64,000 nucleotides of DNA from Azolla caroliniana (taxonomy: Eukaryota; Plantae; Polypodiophyta): NCBI GenBank assembly GCA_043228905.1, contig JBHGNT010000021.1, positions 2,232,001 through 2,296,000 of the forward strand. Reading direction: 5' to 3'. Of the stretch, positions 25,500 through 39,313 are shown piece after piece (within the stretch, counting starts at the first letter, position 1; every line of letters begins with the position of its first letter). The notes under the pieces were generated by a model. The model searched no databases. It worked only from the letters and a program-made list of their open reading frames with translations, and was not told the DNA's origin. A program made the translations under genes and the position numbers.

Positions 25500-26700
25500 T
25501 TCATAAGAAAACAAAAACAATGTACTTTGATGTGTCAGTATATTCACGATATTGGTTTCAATAATCACCCCAGCCTATTGATGATACATAGTCCAACCTT
25601 ATAAACAAATATCTAGTTTTGTTGCTTTTACACATATGTTTATAATTTGTATATAATCTTGAAAGTATTGAAGGAGTCTAAACTTAAAAAGGACATTCAA
25701 ACATAGAACATGAAAGAGATGTCTTTACACATCACTTTAGATGTCCCAATAAATAATTGTTTATTGATTCACGATGTTGCTTTATTGCCCCAAACCTCAA
25801 GCATATTCATAATCTTCATTATAGATCATGCACACCATCAATTTGCTATTTAAAATGGCTTTCAAACCTTAATAATGCCATTTGTTTTTCTACATTGTGC
25901 TTGAAAACTATAACATCTCCGTTCAAAAAGCAATCTTAACGAAGAACTAAATGTCGTTGCACAAAATACTCTATTTTACGAAGATATTGTGCACACCAAT
26001 GCAAATAACAAGCATTCAACATTATATTACACCCCATTGTCATCCTAAAAACATAATCACATGTGTCATGAATAATGTGATAAACTACTAATGTGTCCAA
26101 CATTGAGAAATCTATATATCACTCATCACTAGTTGCAAGCCATGTGCTGTTATGAATACAAATAATCCCAATACTCATGAGTCATAATAATATCATTTCA
26201 TGCCATCATATGAAGTTGTTTGTAACCAAATGTTTACTTCAAACAAAAATCTAAAGCTATCGTAGGTTGCAATCTTGTGCATTAAAAATTCTGCTTATAA
26301 ATAAGATATAAATATGAATATGGCATTATGAAACCTATATTTCACTTTATGAAACTGAAGATATATGAATTAAATGAGCGGTTGATGAAACATCATTGCA
26401 ATTTAAAAGAATTGAAATAAGGTCATATACATTTACATCCTTGTCAATGAACCTAATCAACTTGCTTGAATCAAAATTTCATAGCAATGAACACAATTAT
26501 GGTTAACCAACATTGGTGCACAAAGCAATAGAGTCGGAGAAAGTTTCTCGAGCCTTGACTTTCAAGTTTATTCTTGCGAAAGAATTATTAATGATATCAT
26601 GTGACAGGTCCATGTGATGAGAGAATTCTATGAAATACAAATGTGACTGGGGAGAAAGACAAATGCCCTAGTTAAGATTATCTCACTGATGATTTTTCTA
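25500..26700 (-). mobile_element. Possible decayed hAT transposase relic
   Basis: Minus-strand fragments ITAHGLQLVMSDI (~26115-26155; CxxH-L-L-D motif) and CATTFSSS (~25940-25965; ATRF-like). No intact ORF, boundaries approximate. Confidence 0.3.
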
Positions 26701-27109
26701 CAAAATATATAGATTTGTTGGCATCACCATTGACTATTATGTGTCAAAAATTTTGAACCGCAAGATACACGCTTGTCTTGGAAAGAGGGTTTTATTAAAT
26801 TGAATCCTTCGATACATTCACCGTCTTAAAACATTAAAAACATTTGGTTCAATACGAGTTCATCAAATGGAGGAATATTTTTCCATAATTTATTGAACAA
26901 CCAAATGGCAATGACTTATGTGCACCACATATATTAGGGTATCCATATGATTATGTTCTATTGAGTGAAATATTTTGGTAATCTTGATTAGCCTTCTTTG
27001 AACCAATACGTGAAATATCAGTTTTGGTCCTTGCATTTCTTGCTAGATATATATGGCCAAAGAAATGCTCTTCTTGCAAAGTAATGCTTGACAAAGAAAA
27101 AGAAATCTT

Positions 27110-27971
27110 AGGCGAGGAGTAGCGAAGTGGTGTGCCAATGTAGGGCAGAGATATGCGGTGTGAGCTTCTCACCAGGAGGTCGGCATAGCGGAGCAGCAGC
27201 ACAGGAGTTTTGACCCGCGCCAGTGAGCAACGGAAACGGAGCCGGAGCAGGAGCAGTTCTGAACCGCGCCAATGCAGGGAGGAGGTTTGCAGGCGTGGCG
27301 CACAGAAGCCTCTCTCTGCTCGTCACAACCTCCTCGTCATTGCTACTTCGCCCTCCTCCAGTTCGAGGAGTATATAATTTAGCCCCGTGTTAAGCGCTTG
27401 GATTGCACCACAACCAATCATGAAGAAGAGTGCATCAACAAGGACGTCGTATGTGTTGAAGGACCTACGAAGAGGAAATGGCAATAGGAAAAGAGGCTAA
27501 GGGACGTCCAAGTGTGAAAGGTCCATACCCTAAACGTGAATGCTATATAAACCACATAACGGTGGCTTTGTAAGGGTTCTTCCATTTGTAAATATCTCCA
27601 TATTGATTAAGAGCTAGAGCTTCCTCTCCTCCTTCTTGTAACCTTTAAGCTTAAGAGAGATTAGTGAAGTGTTTAGATAGAGAACATTAATCTCTCTTCC
27701 TCGTTGGTGCTAGACTTCTTAGCAAAGAGGGTTAATAAACATATTCATTACTCTTATTGTCTATATTCATTACCCTATTGTCTATGAGAGCGACCTTGAG
27801 AGAGTGAGAGAGATATCGTGCTTAATCATCTATTAATCGTTAAGTGAGTGTGAGGCTCGGAGGTGTCCGACAACCATCTTCGCTCGATTCACCATCAAAA
27901 GGGTATACGCCGGTTCGAGCTCCACAAACGACATCGAGGAGTTAACTCCATTGATACATAGATCCTACACA
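27110..27971. mobile_element. LTR-like segment abutting the truncated 3' end of the LINE
   Basis: CpG-rich block, TATATAAA (27544) and CTTGTAA motifs. Inverted termini TGTAGG (27139) / CCTACA (27969). No TSD recognised. Confidence 0.35.
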
Positions 27972-30900
27972 CCCTGCCATATTCGATGAGACGTTGGGCA
28001 GTCCCACAAAGCATGTCGTATTGATTCTACTGCATGTGGGCACTCTACACAATTAGGAGAGCTAAGGTTCCCACGTTGCCATGCTCCCACCGGTAGTGAC
28101 TTATGTATTAATAGCCATTTGAACGTGGTAATTCGCCTCGCGTGTTGTTGTTTCTAGATTCTCTGCCAAAACTTGGTGATAATTGTTGGAGGAACTTGAA
28201 ATGTGTGCCAGACCTTCACAACACTCAGCTCTCGAGCAGTTTAAGCAGCTACAATGTGGCGACCCAATCTCGTTGTGAATTGGAAGAAAGGGATGGGTTT
28301 GCTTCCTTGCCCCGCGTAAGGATCTCGCCATGTCCATTGCAAAGGGTCCCAACTGACCTTACGTAGCCATGTGTTTTCATGAGTACATATGTGCCAATCG
28401 GGTTGTACTTTGATCGGATCCGGATCTACAATCCATTTCTGAACAGTATACGCGAGTACTCGAATTGCGTTATTCTGTGTTGGTGTCTCAGTGTCTCGCA
28501 ATTCAAAGCCTTTGATCCTGTCCGGTGTTCCCCTACCTCTCGGGATCAGAGATCCCTCCTCCTCATGGCCTATCCATTTCTCCATTGTCGTTCTTTGAGT
28601 AGCAGTTTCCCTAATCAGTATAGTGTTAATGATTTCCGATCTCATAGTCCATCCGCCCCTAATTCCATGGAGTATGTTGGCTTGATCTTGTAGTGGTAGT
28701 GACATAAACCGTCGCCAACATTCTATTCTTTTTCCTGGACCTTTTGTAATGTATCCCCATGACAACCCCTTACATGATCATAGTAGTTGATTAGATTCAA
28801 CCTTGATACATGGGTTCCATAGGATACGTTGACTGAGCCAGGCAGGTTCAGAACTCGGTTGATCGCACTTGAGCCCTCGTCTAATGTCACACCATGCCTT
28901 CCACATGGATGCACTAAATCTATCATCCAATTGGTGGGAGAACCTAGGTTCGAGATACATGTTTAGAATCCATCCCATTTGGGGGGCCTAATTGACCCCT
29001 TTTCTTGGCCTAAAGTAAGCAAAACGTAACCACAATAGCATTTTCCAACAGTCATTTCCGGGTTGGAGTCCTCGCACCACATATTTGGCAAGTAAGGCTT
29101 TCGATTGTGAAAGGGGATCAATAAGACGCAATCCCCCTCTCGACTTGGGCGTTGTGAGTATAGACCATGCCACCTTGGCACGAGTTACATGGTCTTCCTT
29201 ACCATACCAAATGTAGTTGCGGACCAGTCGTTGAATCTTATGTATACTTTCCTTGGAAATTGTCCAGCAAGATAGACTGTACCATGTTGTTGCGAGTAGT
29301 ACCTGGTTTGCCACTATGATGCAACGCACTAGCGACAGTTTTTTCGAACTCCAATGTATCAGTTTTTGTCGAATGGAATGGATAATGGGTGCAATCATAG
29401 TCTCTGGCGGTATGTTGAAACCAATTTGGAAGCCCAAATATTTAATGCTCGCTCCTTGATTGATCCATTTGAAAGCAAGATGTGGGTGCCACACTGAATG
29501 TGTTTCATGAGAAAGACATATTGTGCAGGATTTGTGTCAATTGATCATGGCATTGGATCTATTGCAAAATACGGCTAACCCACTTTCTAGCTTTTGGAGG
29601 TTTTCCAAGTCCCCTTGTAGGTAGACCGTTGTGTCATCTACAAATTCTATATCCAGGATGCTTTGGTGAGAATGAGGTACGGGAAGACCGTGTAGGTTGA
29701 GATGCCACGAGTTGAGAAAGCAAGAGAGTGCTTCGGCGTATAATAGAAATAAGGATGGAGCTAGTGGGCATCCCTGTCGTACAGATCGGGATATTCGGAA
29801 AAAGGGGCCCCTTTCACCAGCCAGTGAAACGCAACTGTTGCCGTTCCTATAAAGTCCTACAATGCCTTTGATCCATGTCTCTTGAAAGACGAGTTTCCCC
29901 ATCACACTTTCTAGAAAGTTCTAGCATACCCTATCATATGCTTTCTCAAAATCTAGTAGCACCACCGCTACCTTGTTGTTGGTACGCTTGGCAAGAGCTA
30001 TTGTGTCCCAAAATGAGAAGAGGTTGTCTAGGATGCTCCGATTTCTAACGAACCATGTCTGGGACGGATGAACAAGTTGAGGGAGAAGTGGTGTTAAATG
30101 GCGTGCCATGATTTTTGCGAGCAATTTATGGCAGTATTAAGAAGAAGTATGGGCCGCCACTTGCTAATGTCGTTAGCACTCCCACCACTTTTAGGAATGA
30201 GATGTATCATCCCCTGGCCAAATTCCTCCGGCTTGCTTCTAGAGGTGATGATCTCCTCATATGCCTAGAGGAGGTCTACTTTAATAGTGTCCCAAAGGCA
30301 TGTGAAAAGGCGTGAGGTGAGGTCATCAATTCTAGGGTAACTATCGGCATCCAAATCCAAGAGGGCCTCCCATATCTCGATGATTGATAGGGGACGCACG
30401 AGCCATGTATTCATTTCCGGCGTGACTTTCTTGGGTATGCTTTGGAGGATAGTATCTTCTCTTATGTCTTCCCCTGTAGCCATGGTATCTTCGGTAAGTA
30501 GGCGGTTATAGTAACTTGTGCCAATATTCCTCATTTTGTCGCCATCCTCAGTGGTCGTTCCATCCTCTCGGTTAAGGCTGTGCATCACTGTTGTAGCGTG
30601 CCTCGGGCCTTTGGAACGGAAGAATTCCTTCGTTGTTTTGTCCCCTACTCGAATCCATCGCACCATGCTTCCATGAAACTCCATGTCATATATTTCCTTT
30701 TCCACCATGTTGAGTTCATGTTTGGCCATGGCGACTTGTCCTGCAATCCAACTGCATGACGGGTATCTTTGTTGGAGTTGTTGTAAGGCTATTAGTTCCC
30801 GTTTTGTCCTCTGTCGCTTCTCCTGAGCATCCTTGCTTTTGGTCTTGACAATCTCATGTAGGAGAGTTGAAGCTCTTGTTAATTTAGCTAAAAGTTGGGC

Positions 30901-32715
30901 AAATGTTGATGAGTCATTGACGGGTAATGACCATTGGTTGGAGAGTTGTTCCTTCACCTCTATAAATGTGTAAATAGTGTGTGGGATGCGAGTCTGGAAT
31001 GGGCCCCATTTCCGATGCAATTGAAAATGACCAACTACCAAGTAATGGTCAGAGAAAGTCGTGCATGGAGTTATGCGACACCGCCCTCCCTTCGCTTCTA
31101 AAGCCTCGCCCACATAAATGGGGTCAATGTGAGATAGGGTGGGTCCACTATTCCGCCCGTCTGAACAGGAGAATAAGAGAGAATCCCTTTTTCATTGAAA
31201 GTTGTTAGAATGCCAGATGTCTCGCAGGTTAAGGTGTACACAAAGCTTCTCCCATTGTTTCTATTCCCTTCCTTGTAGAACTATGGGGTTGTTGTTGGAG
31301 CTATCCTGAATGGATTCGATCATATTAAAATCCCCTCCAATGCACCACTCTTCTGCACCCACTACTTGTAGGCGGATGTGGTCCCAGAATGTTGCCCTTG
31401 GATGGCCATTGTGCAAAAATGTGCCCTACCAGGTATAAGTGATTCCTTGTGTATTAAGCCTTGGGCTAGATGTTCCCGAATCAAAGTGCAAATACCACCA
31501 TGATTGCCATCCTCCCCTATTGTTGGCTCCCAAATTGTTCGCCATGATCCTGGTAGAAGGTCTCTGACTTCCTTTAATTGTGTGCTATCGAGGTGGTGTT
31601 CCTGCAACATGATGATGTCAACAACACTCCCTAATAAATATTCTTCAAGATCCCTTCTCAGTTTCCATATGTTTTGTTGGTCTAGTCGACTTCTGAGCCC
31701 TTGCACGTTCCATGGTACAATCTTCATACTCATGGAATGGGGTGGGAGATTGCCGGTTGTTCTTGGTGCTTTGCACAACAAGTCGTGAGAGGGGAGCACT
31801 CACCATTTAGACATCCAGTCATTTCTAGGGATAGAATGCTGGAGTTTGTGGGCTATTCGGTGAGCTTCAATAGTCCCTTCCTGCTTCTCATAGAAATAGA
31901 AGAAGCCTAGAGTTAGTTGGGTGTGTATGATAAGCCGCAGGTGGATGTGCAGAGATGAGGTTCCTCGTCATCCATGGTGCACCAGAATTCTGTGTTATTC
32001 CAATGCTTCTTTAGTTCGTTCATGAGGGCTTCATCTCTTATTTTTGTGACAAAACAGGTTGCTTGACTGAATAGGGTATCTTTGATCTTGGACTTGGACC
32101 AATCCTCTTGTGCCGGAACCAAGAGTGGAAAAGAAATTGAGGTCGTCGGTACTCCATTCTTGTGTACCGTCGATACATGTACCCTTATTTTGTCCATTGT
32201 CGTATGCCCTATATCTAGCCATTTCAGGGCATTTTGGGGGTGTGGTTCCAGGTCCTGGCTAGATGTATCACCCTCATTTATGGCTAGGAAGACTATGATC
32301 TGACGTGTGATATTCAAACTACTGCCTTGGTTTGTTGTTTCTCCATTGGTTGCAATTCCGTTAAAGCTCCGCATTAGGGTCTTAACATGACTTATCCTTC
32401 GCCACTTCCCTGTTTTGTAAGCTTTAACAAGGATTTTCTCTTGTGTGTTTGGGGTCACCTTGGGTCTTTCCTTGGGGCTTAAGAAAGCACTGGGGGAGTG
32501 CTCATCTGTAGGGGGGAGCTCTTGTAGTAGATCAAAATGATTGGGGCTCATTGGCGATGGAGGATTTTGGGACTGTGGAGTTTTATGTAGGACATGGGAT
32601 TTCCCCACCACTTGTCATTCCATCACAGCCTTATCGGTGCGTGGTGGGGGAGGCTTCTGATTTCCTATGATGTCCCGACCATCCAAGGTCTCCATCGTGG
32701 GGCAAATCTTTTTTA
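27972..32715 (-). mobile_element. L1-clade LINE, disrupted (ORF1 3' part, endonuclease, RT); truncated at both ends
   Basis: Endonuclease: WNVQGL, DIIMLQEHH, WCIGGDFN, FSDHY. RT: LLDFEKAYDRV, VRQGCPLAPSLF, EFVDDT, IKYLGF, GGLRLID. Multiple stops and frameshifts across ORFs 31362-31799, 30265-31113, 29921-30124, 29537-29905, 28988-29494, 28241-28765. Confidence 0.92.
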
Positions 32716-34869
32716 AATGACCAAGCTTTTTGCATGCAAAACATTGTCCTGGTGCGCCGATCACTTCTATGTGTTGTTCAATTCATATTCCGTTTTCTCC
32801 GGAATGAGGATCTTGGAAGGAAGTTTGTTGATGTCATGCACCAAGAGACGAATAGAGGGAGGGCCTAAATACACCCTATTTTTGCAATGTTATACATTTT
32901 CCTATAAATGGAGATGTGATAGGCTTGTCTCTCTTTTCGTAGTAACAACTAGTTGATCAAGCCTTAACAAACAATTCTTTTTTCTTTTTGAAGGTTGACA
33001 ATGTCAATATCTAGGGTCATGGACAAATGGTATATGTTTGCATAAGCATCCGAACTATATATAGTCATACGACAAAATCATCACTCATCAATTGCATAAA
33101 ATCTCTTGGGGATATTTCAACTTTACTTTAAATGTTTTTGAGCTCTAAAATTTAGTTAATTTTTCATGGGGTTTTACCACACATTAACGTTTCCCACCAA
33201 CAATATATGTATTGCTAAAAACAAACATGAAGCATCATTAAATTAGAAAGAAGGGGCAAATGAATCAATCATAAAAATGCTTACTCTTTGAATACCGAAA
33301 ATGCTCATGTTTGTTAACATCTATTTTTGTTTAACTTATAATAGATTATAATAACAAAGACCCATTCTCGAGTAGAAAACCACTATAGTGTCATAGATAT
33401 CCAAACCTCGTTGCATTTTCTCACACAAAAGAGTCACAAACAATGTTTTTTCCCTTCAAGATCGTTTAAAGATGTTAAAGTTACATATTTTCCATTTATA
33501 GACTAGTTGGGAGAAGAACATTCAAATGCTTCTTCTTTTTGGCAAACTCCTGAAAGATTTACACTCAAACTAAATTGCAGACGAGGCACAAGAATGATAA
33601 TGATACATTTTAATAACATGGCATTGCAAAAAATGGGAGGGCCTAAGAGGAGGTATGGATTACAAGATGACCATCCCTTTTAAATTCATTTAATGCTCGA
33701 AAGCCTCAAAGGGAGGCTTGGTTAATATATATAAAGAAAAATATATTGTAGTTAAACCCTTCCATGTGACTTTGTTGCATGCAATCATTGTAACTTGTAG
33801 TTTCAACGAATGAGTTATTAATCGTGATGGTAACAATAAAGTAAAATAGCAAACAACACCTCTCGTACACAGATCTACTCTTTTTCTTCTGGTATCAAAG
33901 CTACAATTTGTTCAATTGTCAAAGGAGTAACAAATACGTTTCTTGGATGCAATACCTTAATTAAAGGGCAACAATAAAATTCATGTGTGCAAATAAGGTT
34001 AGTGATTCGAAAACAATAAAAGAACAAATAAGAAAGGGCTTAAATAAAGCAAGCGATCAAACGTGCATCATATTAGTTTTCTTTGATTAGATTGCTTTAT
34101 TTTATTTTATTTTTTAAAATATGGTGGCTTCGATACTTCACCATTGCATATTCCCTTTAATTAGAATTTAGAGTATATGTTTAAGGAAAGCATTTGTTAG
34201 TCTTTCTAGAGTTTGACGAGGGATAGTTTTTATTATTTAGGAATATATCCGACGGGGTAGAATTGAGATAACCCCATATACAAAGGGTAATTATAATATT
34301 TTCCTAACTAAATTATGTCTATAATTGACATTAAGTGATTGTACATAACATACGTGTAATTGTGAACATACTAAGAGTTCATAAGTAAAAGTTATGGAAA
34401 ATCTGAAAAATGTGTGGAATACACATGGCAATTATCAAATCAAGTGAACCTTAAGGAGTATATATAGAGTAGTTGATATTATGTAGAAAACTCTATACAT
34501 AAGTTCCACAACCTAGCTAGTTACTCTTGCCTTTCTTCATACTCAATTCAACAATGATATTCATTCGCTTACATATCTTTTGCATTTTTTGTTGCCAAGT
34601 TCATTGCCCTATGCTAGGTTCGCTTCCTTGAAGAGTGTATTATGCTTACATCCCTTGTTGCCAATCAATTCATAGTTTGATGTCTTTGAATGGGGGGGGG
34701 GGGGGGGGGGGTCAACACTTCTACAATTTCATTCTCTCAAGAGAAATTTGTCCACATGAATGATAAATATTGGTACAATATCCATGTTTTACTTAATAAT
34801 GATTCTTCTTCTTCTTCGATGTTGTACACCTCAACTTTCCTCGTAAAATCTCTTGCATCCCAAATCATT

Positions 34870-35776
34870 TGTTGCATCAAAGTTCACATATAATACGAGA
34901 AAGTTGGCCCCTAATTTTGCGAATGATTCCTCAAGTGTATGCACTTGGATATTTTTTATCCACGTTGTTTATCTTGGGCCGGACTAGCCACAAACATAGG
35001 GTGTCCTTCCGGAACATGTCTCCAAAGGGATGGTCGGAGATATGGATGATAATTCGGATCATATTCTCTTAACATTGTTCGGTTACCTTCCAGATGCCTT
35101 CCAGAATCACACAACTATTCGGATCTTAATTACACGCGTAGGATTTATCATTATAACACAAATAGTAAGTAGACAAGTGTTGGGAAACAAGTCCCTTTGG
35201 ATGGGAAGAGAAAGAACCGAATCGGGTGGAGTCGATGAGTATTTCAGTCGAGGCTGAGATCGAAAGTACTCGAGGTCGTTGCCTCCGAGTTTCTTATTGT
35301 ACTTCTCCTCCATCATAGTGATTCTGTTTCTCGGGGTTTGTGGACCCTTGTGGTTTTTCCCATTTGGGGTCCATGTTAAATATATTGTGTCTCTATATCT
35401 AGTTTTCTATCTTGGTACTAGCTTTCTTGTTTTTCTTGCACCCGAACATATTCGTGAGCATAACCGGTTGTGGCCATTCACAATCCTAACAATAAGATTA
35501 AAAGCAACAACACTTAACTTGTATTACTTCCGTAAACTTTATACATCAATCTGGATCCTTCTATAGACATTCGGTACAGATTACAAAACGATGCCTTACC
35601 GGTTGTCGACTATCAATCGGTGTGGATCCGGATCGGTACAACTATCTAGATTCGTCTTTCCCTAATATTTACTAACTAATATTTACATAATATTTATTTG
35701 ATCCATCTCTTCCTCCTCCACACTTCCGCTCCGGATTATTACTCTAAAGGCCAACACATGGCACGCCTGTGGGATA
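34870..35776 (+). mobile_element. LTR plus PBS remnant (probably Ty3/Gypsy)
   Basis: Segment ends ...CCAACACA at 35758, followed by TGGCACGCCTGTGGGA, resembling a tRNA-Arg PBS. U5-like TTTTCCCATTTGGGGT..GTTAAAT motif. 5' boundary uncertain. Confidence 0.45.
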
Positions 35777-36254
35777 GTGCCTTGCACGTCGAACCCACGG
35801 TTAACCCCATCAATCTTCATCGAGTAAATTTGTTGAGATATCAAGCTCAACTTAGTTTGGCCACTTAGTTAACCACGTAACTTAGTAGTTACCTAGATAG
35901 AATTTAGTCAGTGTGTTGAGCTTTTAAACCCTTAAATAGGTTCTTGTACTTATATGTAAGTGGGGATACATTCTAGATCCTCCATTACCAAGTATATTTA
36001 ATATAGGACTTACATTCTTGTACCTATATTCTACTCACACATGTGCACCCTTGCACATGAGTTGTATATATACCTCATTGTGGGTATTTTTTTAACTTGA
36101 TGCTTATTAATATAGAGAAAGGTTTTTATCTATACTCTTGTTAATCATCCCTCGTTTATCTTATTGTTCATAAGTGTAACTTCCTCTCTCTCTTTCTCTC
36201 ACATACATAAACACACAAATCTTTCTAAGTGATGTTAATATACACGATGATGAG

Positions 36255-37500
36255 TTGCGAAGTATGCAAAACTTTCTAAGGGATATGCAAGATATGTTGC
36301 ATATTGCACGAGATAATATAAAAACTACTCAATATAGAGCACGCTTTTGTGTTGACTGTAATAGGCATCCTCGTGTATTCAACCTTGGACAGAAGGTATT
36401 TCTACATGTACCTCATAATTCTAAAACATTGTCTACAGGTATGTGCGCTAAGTTAGCCCCATGGTTTTGTGAACCTTTTACAATCCTCAAGCGCATTGGT
36501 TCATCAACCTATCGTCTCGCTCTTCTTGATGGTGTCGAAATCCATCCAGTTTTTCATGTAAGCTGTCTAAAAGAACTACTCGGTTTTGGCGATAATATGA
36601 TTACAATTAAAACTCTGGTCACTTTTGAAGATTTGGCTTCTAAACCACATGTACCAGAGAGAGTTCTCGATATTAAAATGAAACATTTGCATTCTAAAAT
36701 AATCTGAGAATTTAAAATTAAATGGATGCATAAGTCAAAAAGAAATGCTACATGGGAACGAGAAAATACTCTTACAACTAACTTCCCTATCTTTTCATTG
36801 TAAGAGTGCAATGTTTTAAAGAGGGGAGTATGTTACAGGTATAACCATATAATATCCCATGCTAAGTTGTATTGTAGTATTCTACACACGAGGATAACTC
36901 GTGAGGGTTAACCAAGAGTGTAATGAAGGGAGGATTACTTTTAATTCTAGGGATTAAGACAACTCATTAATGCCAAGTGTGAACTTGCTTGGGAGCCTTA
37001 GGTCAGGCTATAAATATGAGGCCTAGCTACCCTCATTTGACACATTATCGGCTATGTCGAGACTTTGATCTTGTGGTAATCAACTAGGTACGACTTGATG
37101 CCATGATGGTGTTATGGGACACCGATCGAGGCTCGAGTACGTCTTGGTCTCTTCGCTCGGGGGTGGTTGGGTGGATCGACATCCTTCTTTCTCTCTCACA
37201 CAAAGGTTGCCCAAAACACTCATAAGATGTTTTCAACGATCTTATTAGTGACCACAACAACTCAACACCATTTACAATATTGTGACCTTCTTTGGTGTAG
37301 GTGTGGGGATTCATGTCACATAAAGTCACAAGGGATGGGTTTTGAATAATTTGGGAAGTGTTTTTTAGCATTTCTCGCACAAAGGTTGCCCAAAACACTC
37401 ATAAGATGTTTTCAACAATCTTATTAGTGACCACAACAACTCGACACCATTTACAATATTGTGACCTTCTTTGGTGTAGGTGTGGGGATTCATGTCTTGT
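36255..37500 (+). mobile_element. Chromovirus (Ty3/Gypsy) 3' remnant: integrase C-terminus, chromodomain, PPT and 3' LTR start
   Basis: ORF 36255-36707 KLAPWFCEPFTILKRIG..YRLAL..IHPVFHVSCLK; chromodomain PERVLD..FKIKW..ATWE past an internal stop. PPT GAGGGGAGTA (36821-36830), then TGTTAC. Confidence 0.8.
37190..37496. repeat. Direct repeat, period ~179 bp
   Basis: CAAAGGTTGCCCAAAACACTCATAAG...GTGTGGGGATTCATGTC at 37201 and 37380. Confidence 0.85.
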
Positions 37501-37539
37501 GTGGTTGCCACAATCTGTCAAGCAACAAATATTCTCTAT

Positions 37540-39313
37540 TATGGTGTACCCAATCGGTTTGTCATTTTTGTCTTATGTCATACCCAATAAGTCCATGAAC
37601 TTAGATGCCACCCTTTTAGCCCACCCTTTTAGCCCACCCTTTTAAGCTAAGCCAACCCAAGTGGGTACCTTTGTATCAACTATAAATTGAGTAAGACGTA
37701 AGAAGTTAACTAGATTGGTTTTGATCTCTTATGTGCATTTCACATATCGGTGGAGATGCGAGGTACTAGTCCCCCACGTCCGAGCATCCACCTCTTCTAC
37801 CTCACCTTAGGTTGCCCACTAACTTCTTGTCCCACGAGTTTCCCCGATCCGCCTCCTACACGATAGCCCTCCTGTCCCCTACCTCAGCCATGTCCATGTG
37901 GCCCTCAGTCCAGAGGAGTGATTGATCTCTATCCACCTATAGCCCTCCTATCCCCCACCTCAACAAAGTCTAGGTGGCCCTCAGTCAACAGGAGGGATTG
38001 ATCTTTCTCCGCCAATTGATCTTTCCCCGATCCCCCTCTGACACGAATGCCCTCATGTCCCCCACCTCAGCCAAGTCCACGTGGCCCTCAGTCCACATGA
38101 GCGATTGATCTCTATTAGCCCACCCTTTGTGCCACCCTTTTAGCCCACCCTTTTTAGGATGCATGTACCTAAGCTGACCCACCCTTTTAGCACACCCTTT
38201 TAAGCTAAGCCAACCCAAATGGGTACCTTTGTATCAACTATAAATTGAGTAAGACGTAAGAAGATAACTAGACTGGTTTTGATCTCTTATGTGCATTTCA
38301 CATATTTGTGGAGATGAGAGGTACTAGTCCCCCACGTCCAACAATCCACCTCTTCCCTCTCGCCTTAGGTTGCCCACTAACTTCTTGTCCCACGAGTTTC
38401 CTCGATCCCCCTCCTACACAATAGCCCTCTTGTCCCCTACCTCAGCCATGTCCATGTGGCCCTCAGTCCACATGAGTGATTGATCTCTATCCACCTATAG
38501 CCCTCCTATCCCCCACCTCAACCAAGTCTAGGTGGCCCTCAGTCCACGGGAGGGATTTATCTTTCTCCGCCAATTGATCTTTCCCTGATCCCCCTCTGAC
38601 ATGATAGCCCTCATGTCCCCCATCTCAACCAAGTCCATGTGGCCCTCATTCCATTGGAGGGATTGATCTCTATCCGCCAATTGCTTGCTCATTTTCCATC
38701 ACTAGTCCTGTCCAACTATTATCTGATCAGGGTCGCCAGTTCCATAGGGATGTTTTCAACATCGTTGCAGCTCAACTAGGTGTCCAACATGTGCTTAAGT
38801 TCCCATACCATCCTCAGACAAATGGTCTCACCTGACGCCTCACCAAGACCCTTAAGAAGGAGATTGTTGTTTACATCGATCCATGCAACAAAACTTGTGA
38901 TCAAAGCTTGCCTATCATCACCCACGCCTACAATACATCTGTATAGGCGTCGACACATATAAACCCTTGTCGAGCACTCTATGGGCGTAACCCTCGCCTC
39001 CCACTAGAATCGTCCATTGATGTCCATTTGAAACCTATCAACATGGAAAGTGCCACTTGGGGGGCTCTATCTCCAACAAATGCTCCCCCTCCTTCAACAA
39101 GCCACTACTCCTGTTCCTATTCATGTTCCTGCTCCTCAATCTCTTGTTTCTCTTAGGGGGGAAATGTGGTGTGCATGTGTTCCTTTGCGCCACCCTTTTA
39201 GCACACCCTTTTTAGCTAAGCCAACCGAAATGGGTACCTTTGTATCAACTATAAATTGAGTAAGATGTAAGAAGCTAACTAGACTAGTTTTGATCTCTTG
39301 TGTGCATTTCACA
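37540..39313 (+). mobile_element. Non-autonomous short-LTR (TRIM-like) Gypsy derivative with three LTR copies
   Basis: LTR 3' parts end CATTTCACA at 37744, 38302 and 39313. PBS-like (C/T)GGTGGAGATG(C/A)GAGG follows the first two. PPT AGGGGGGAAA precedes the LTR at 39165. Integrase remnant ISDQGRQF..PYHPQTNGL..AYNTSV..YGRNPRLP at ~38710-39010. CTAT flanks both ends. Confidence 0.7.

Noticed and set aside
26951-27326. GC-rich short ORFs
   Set aside because: No recognisable motifs or splice structure; they lie in an LTR-like segment.
33890-33901. PBS-like TGGTATCAAAGC
   Set aside because: No definable LTR termini or gag ORF next to it; at most old debris.
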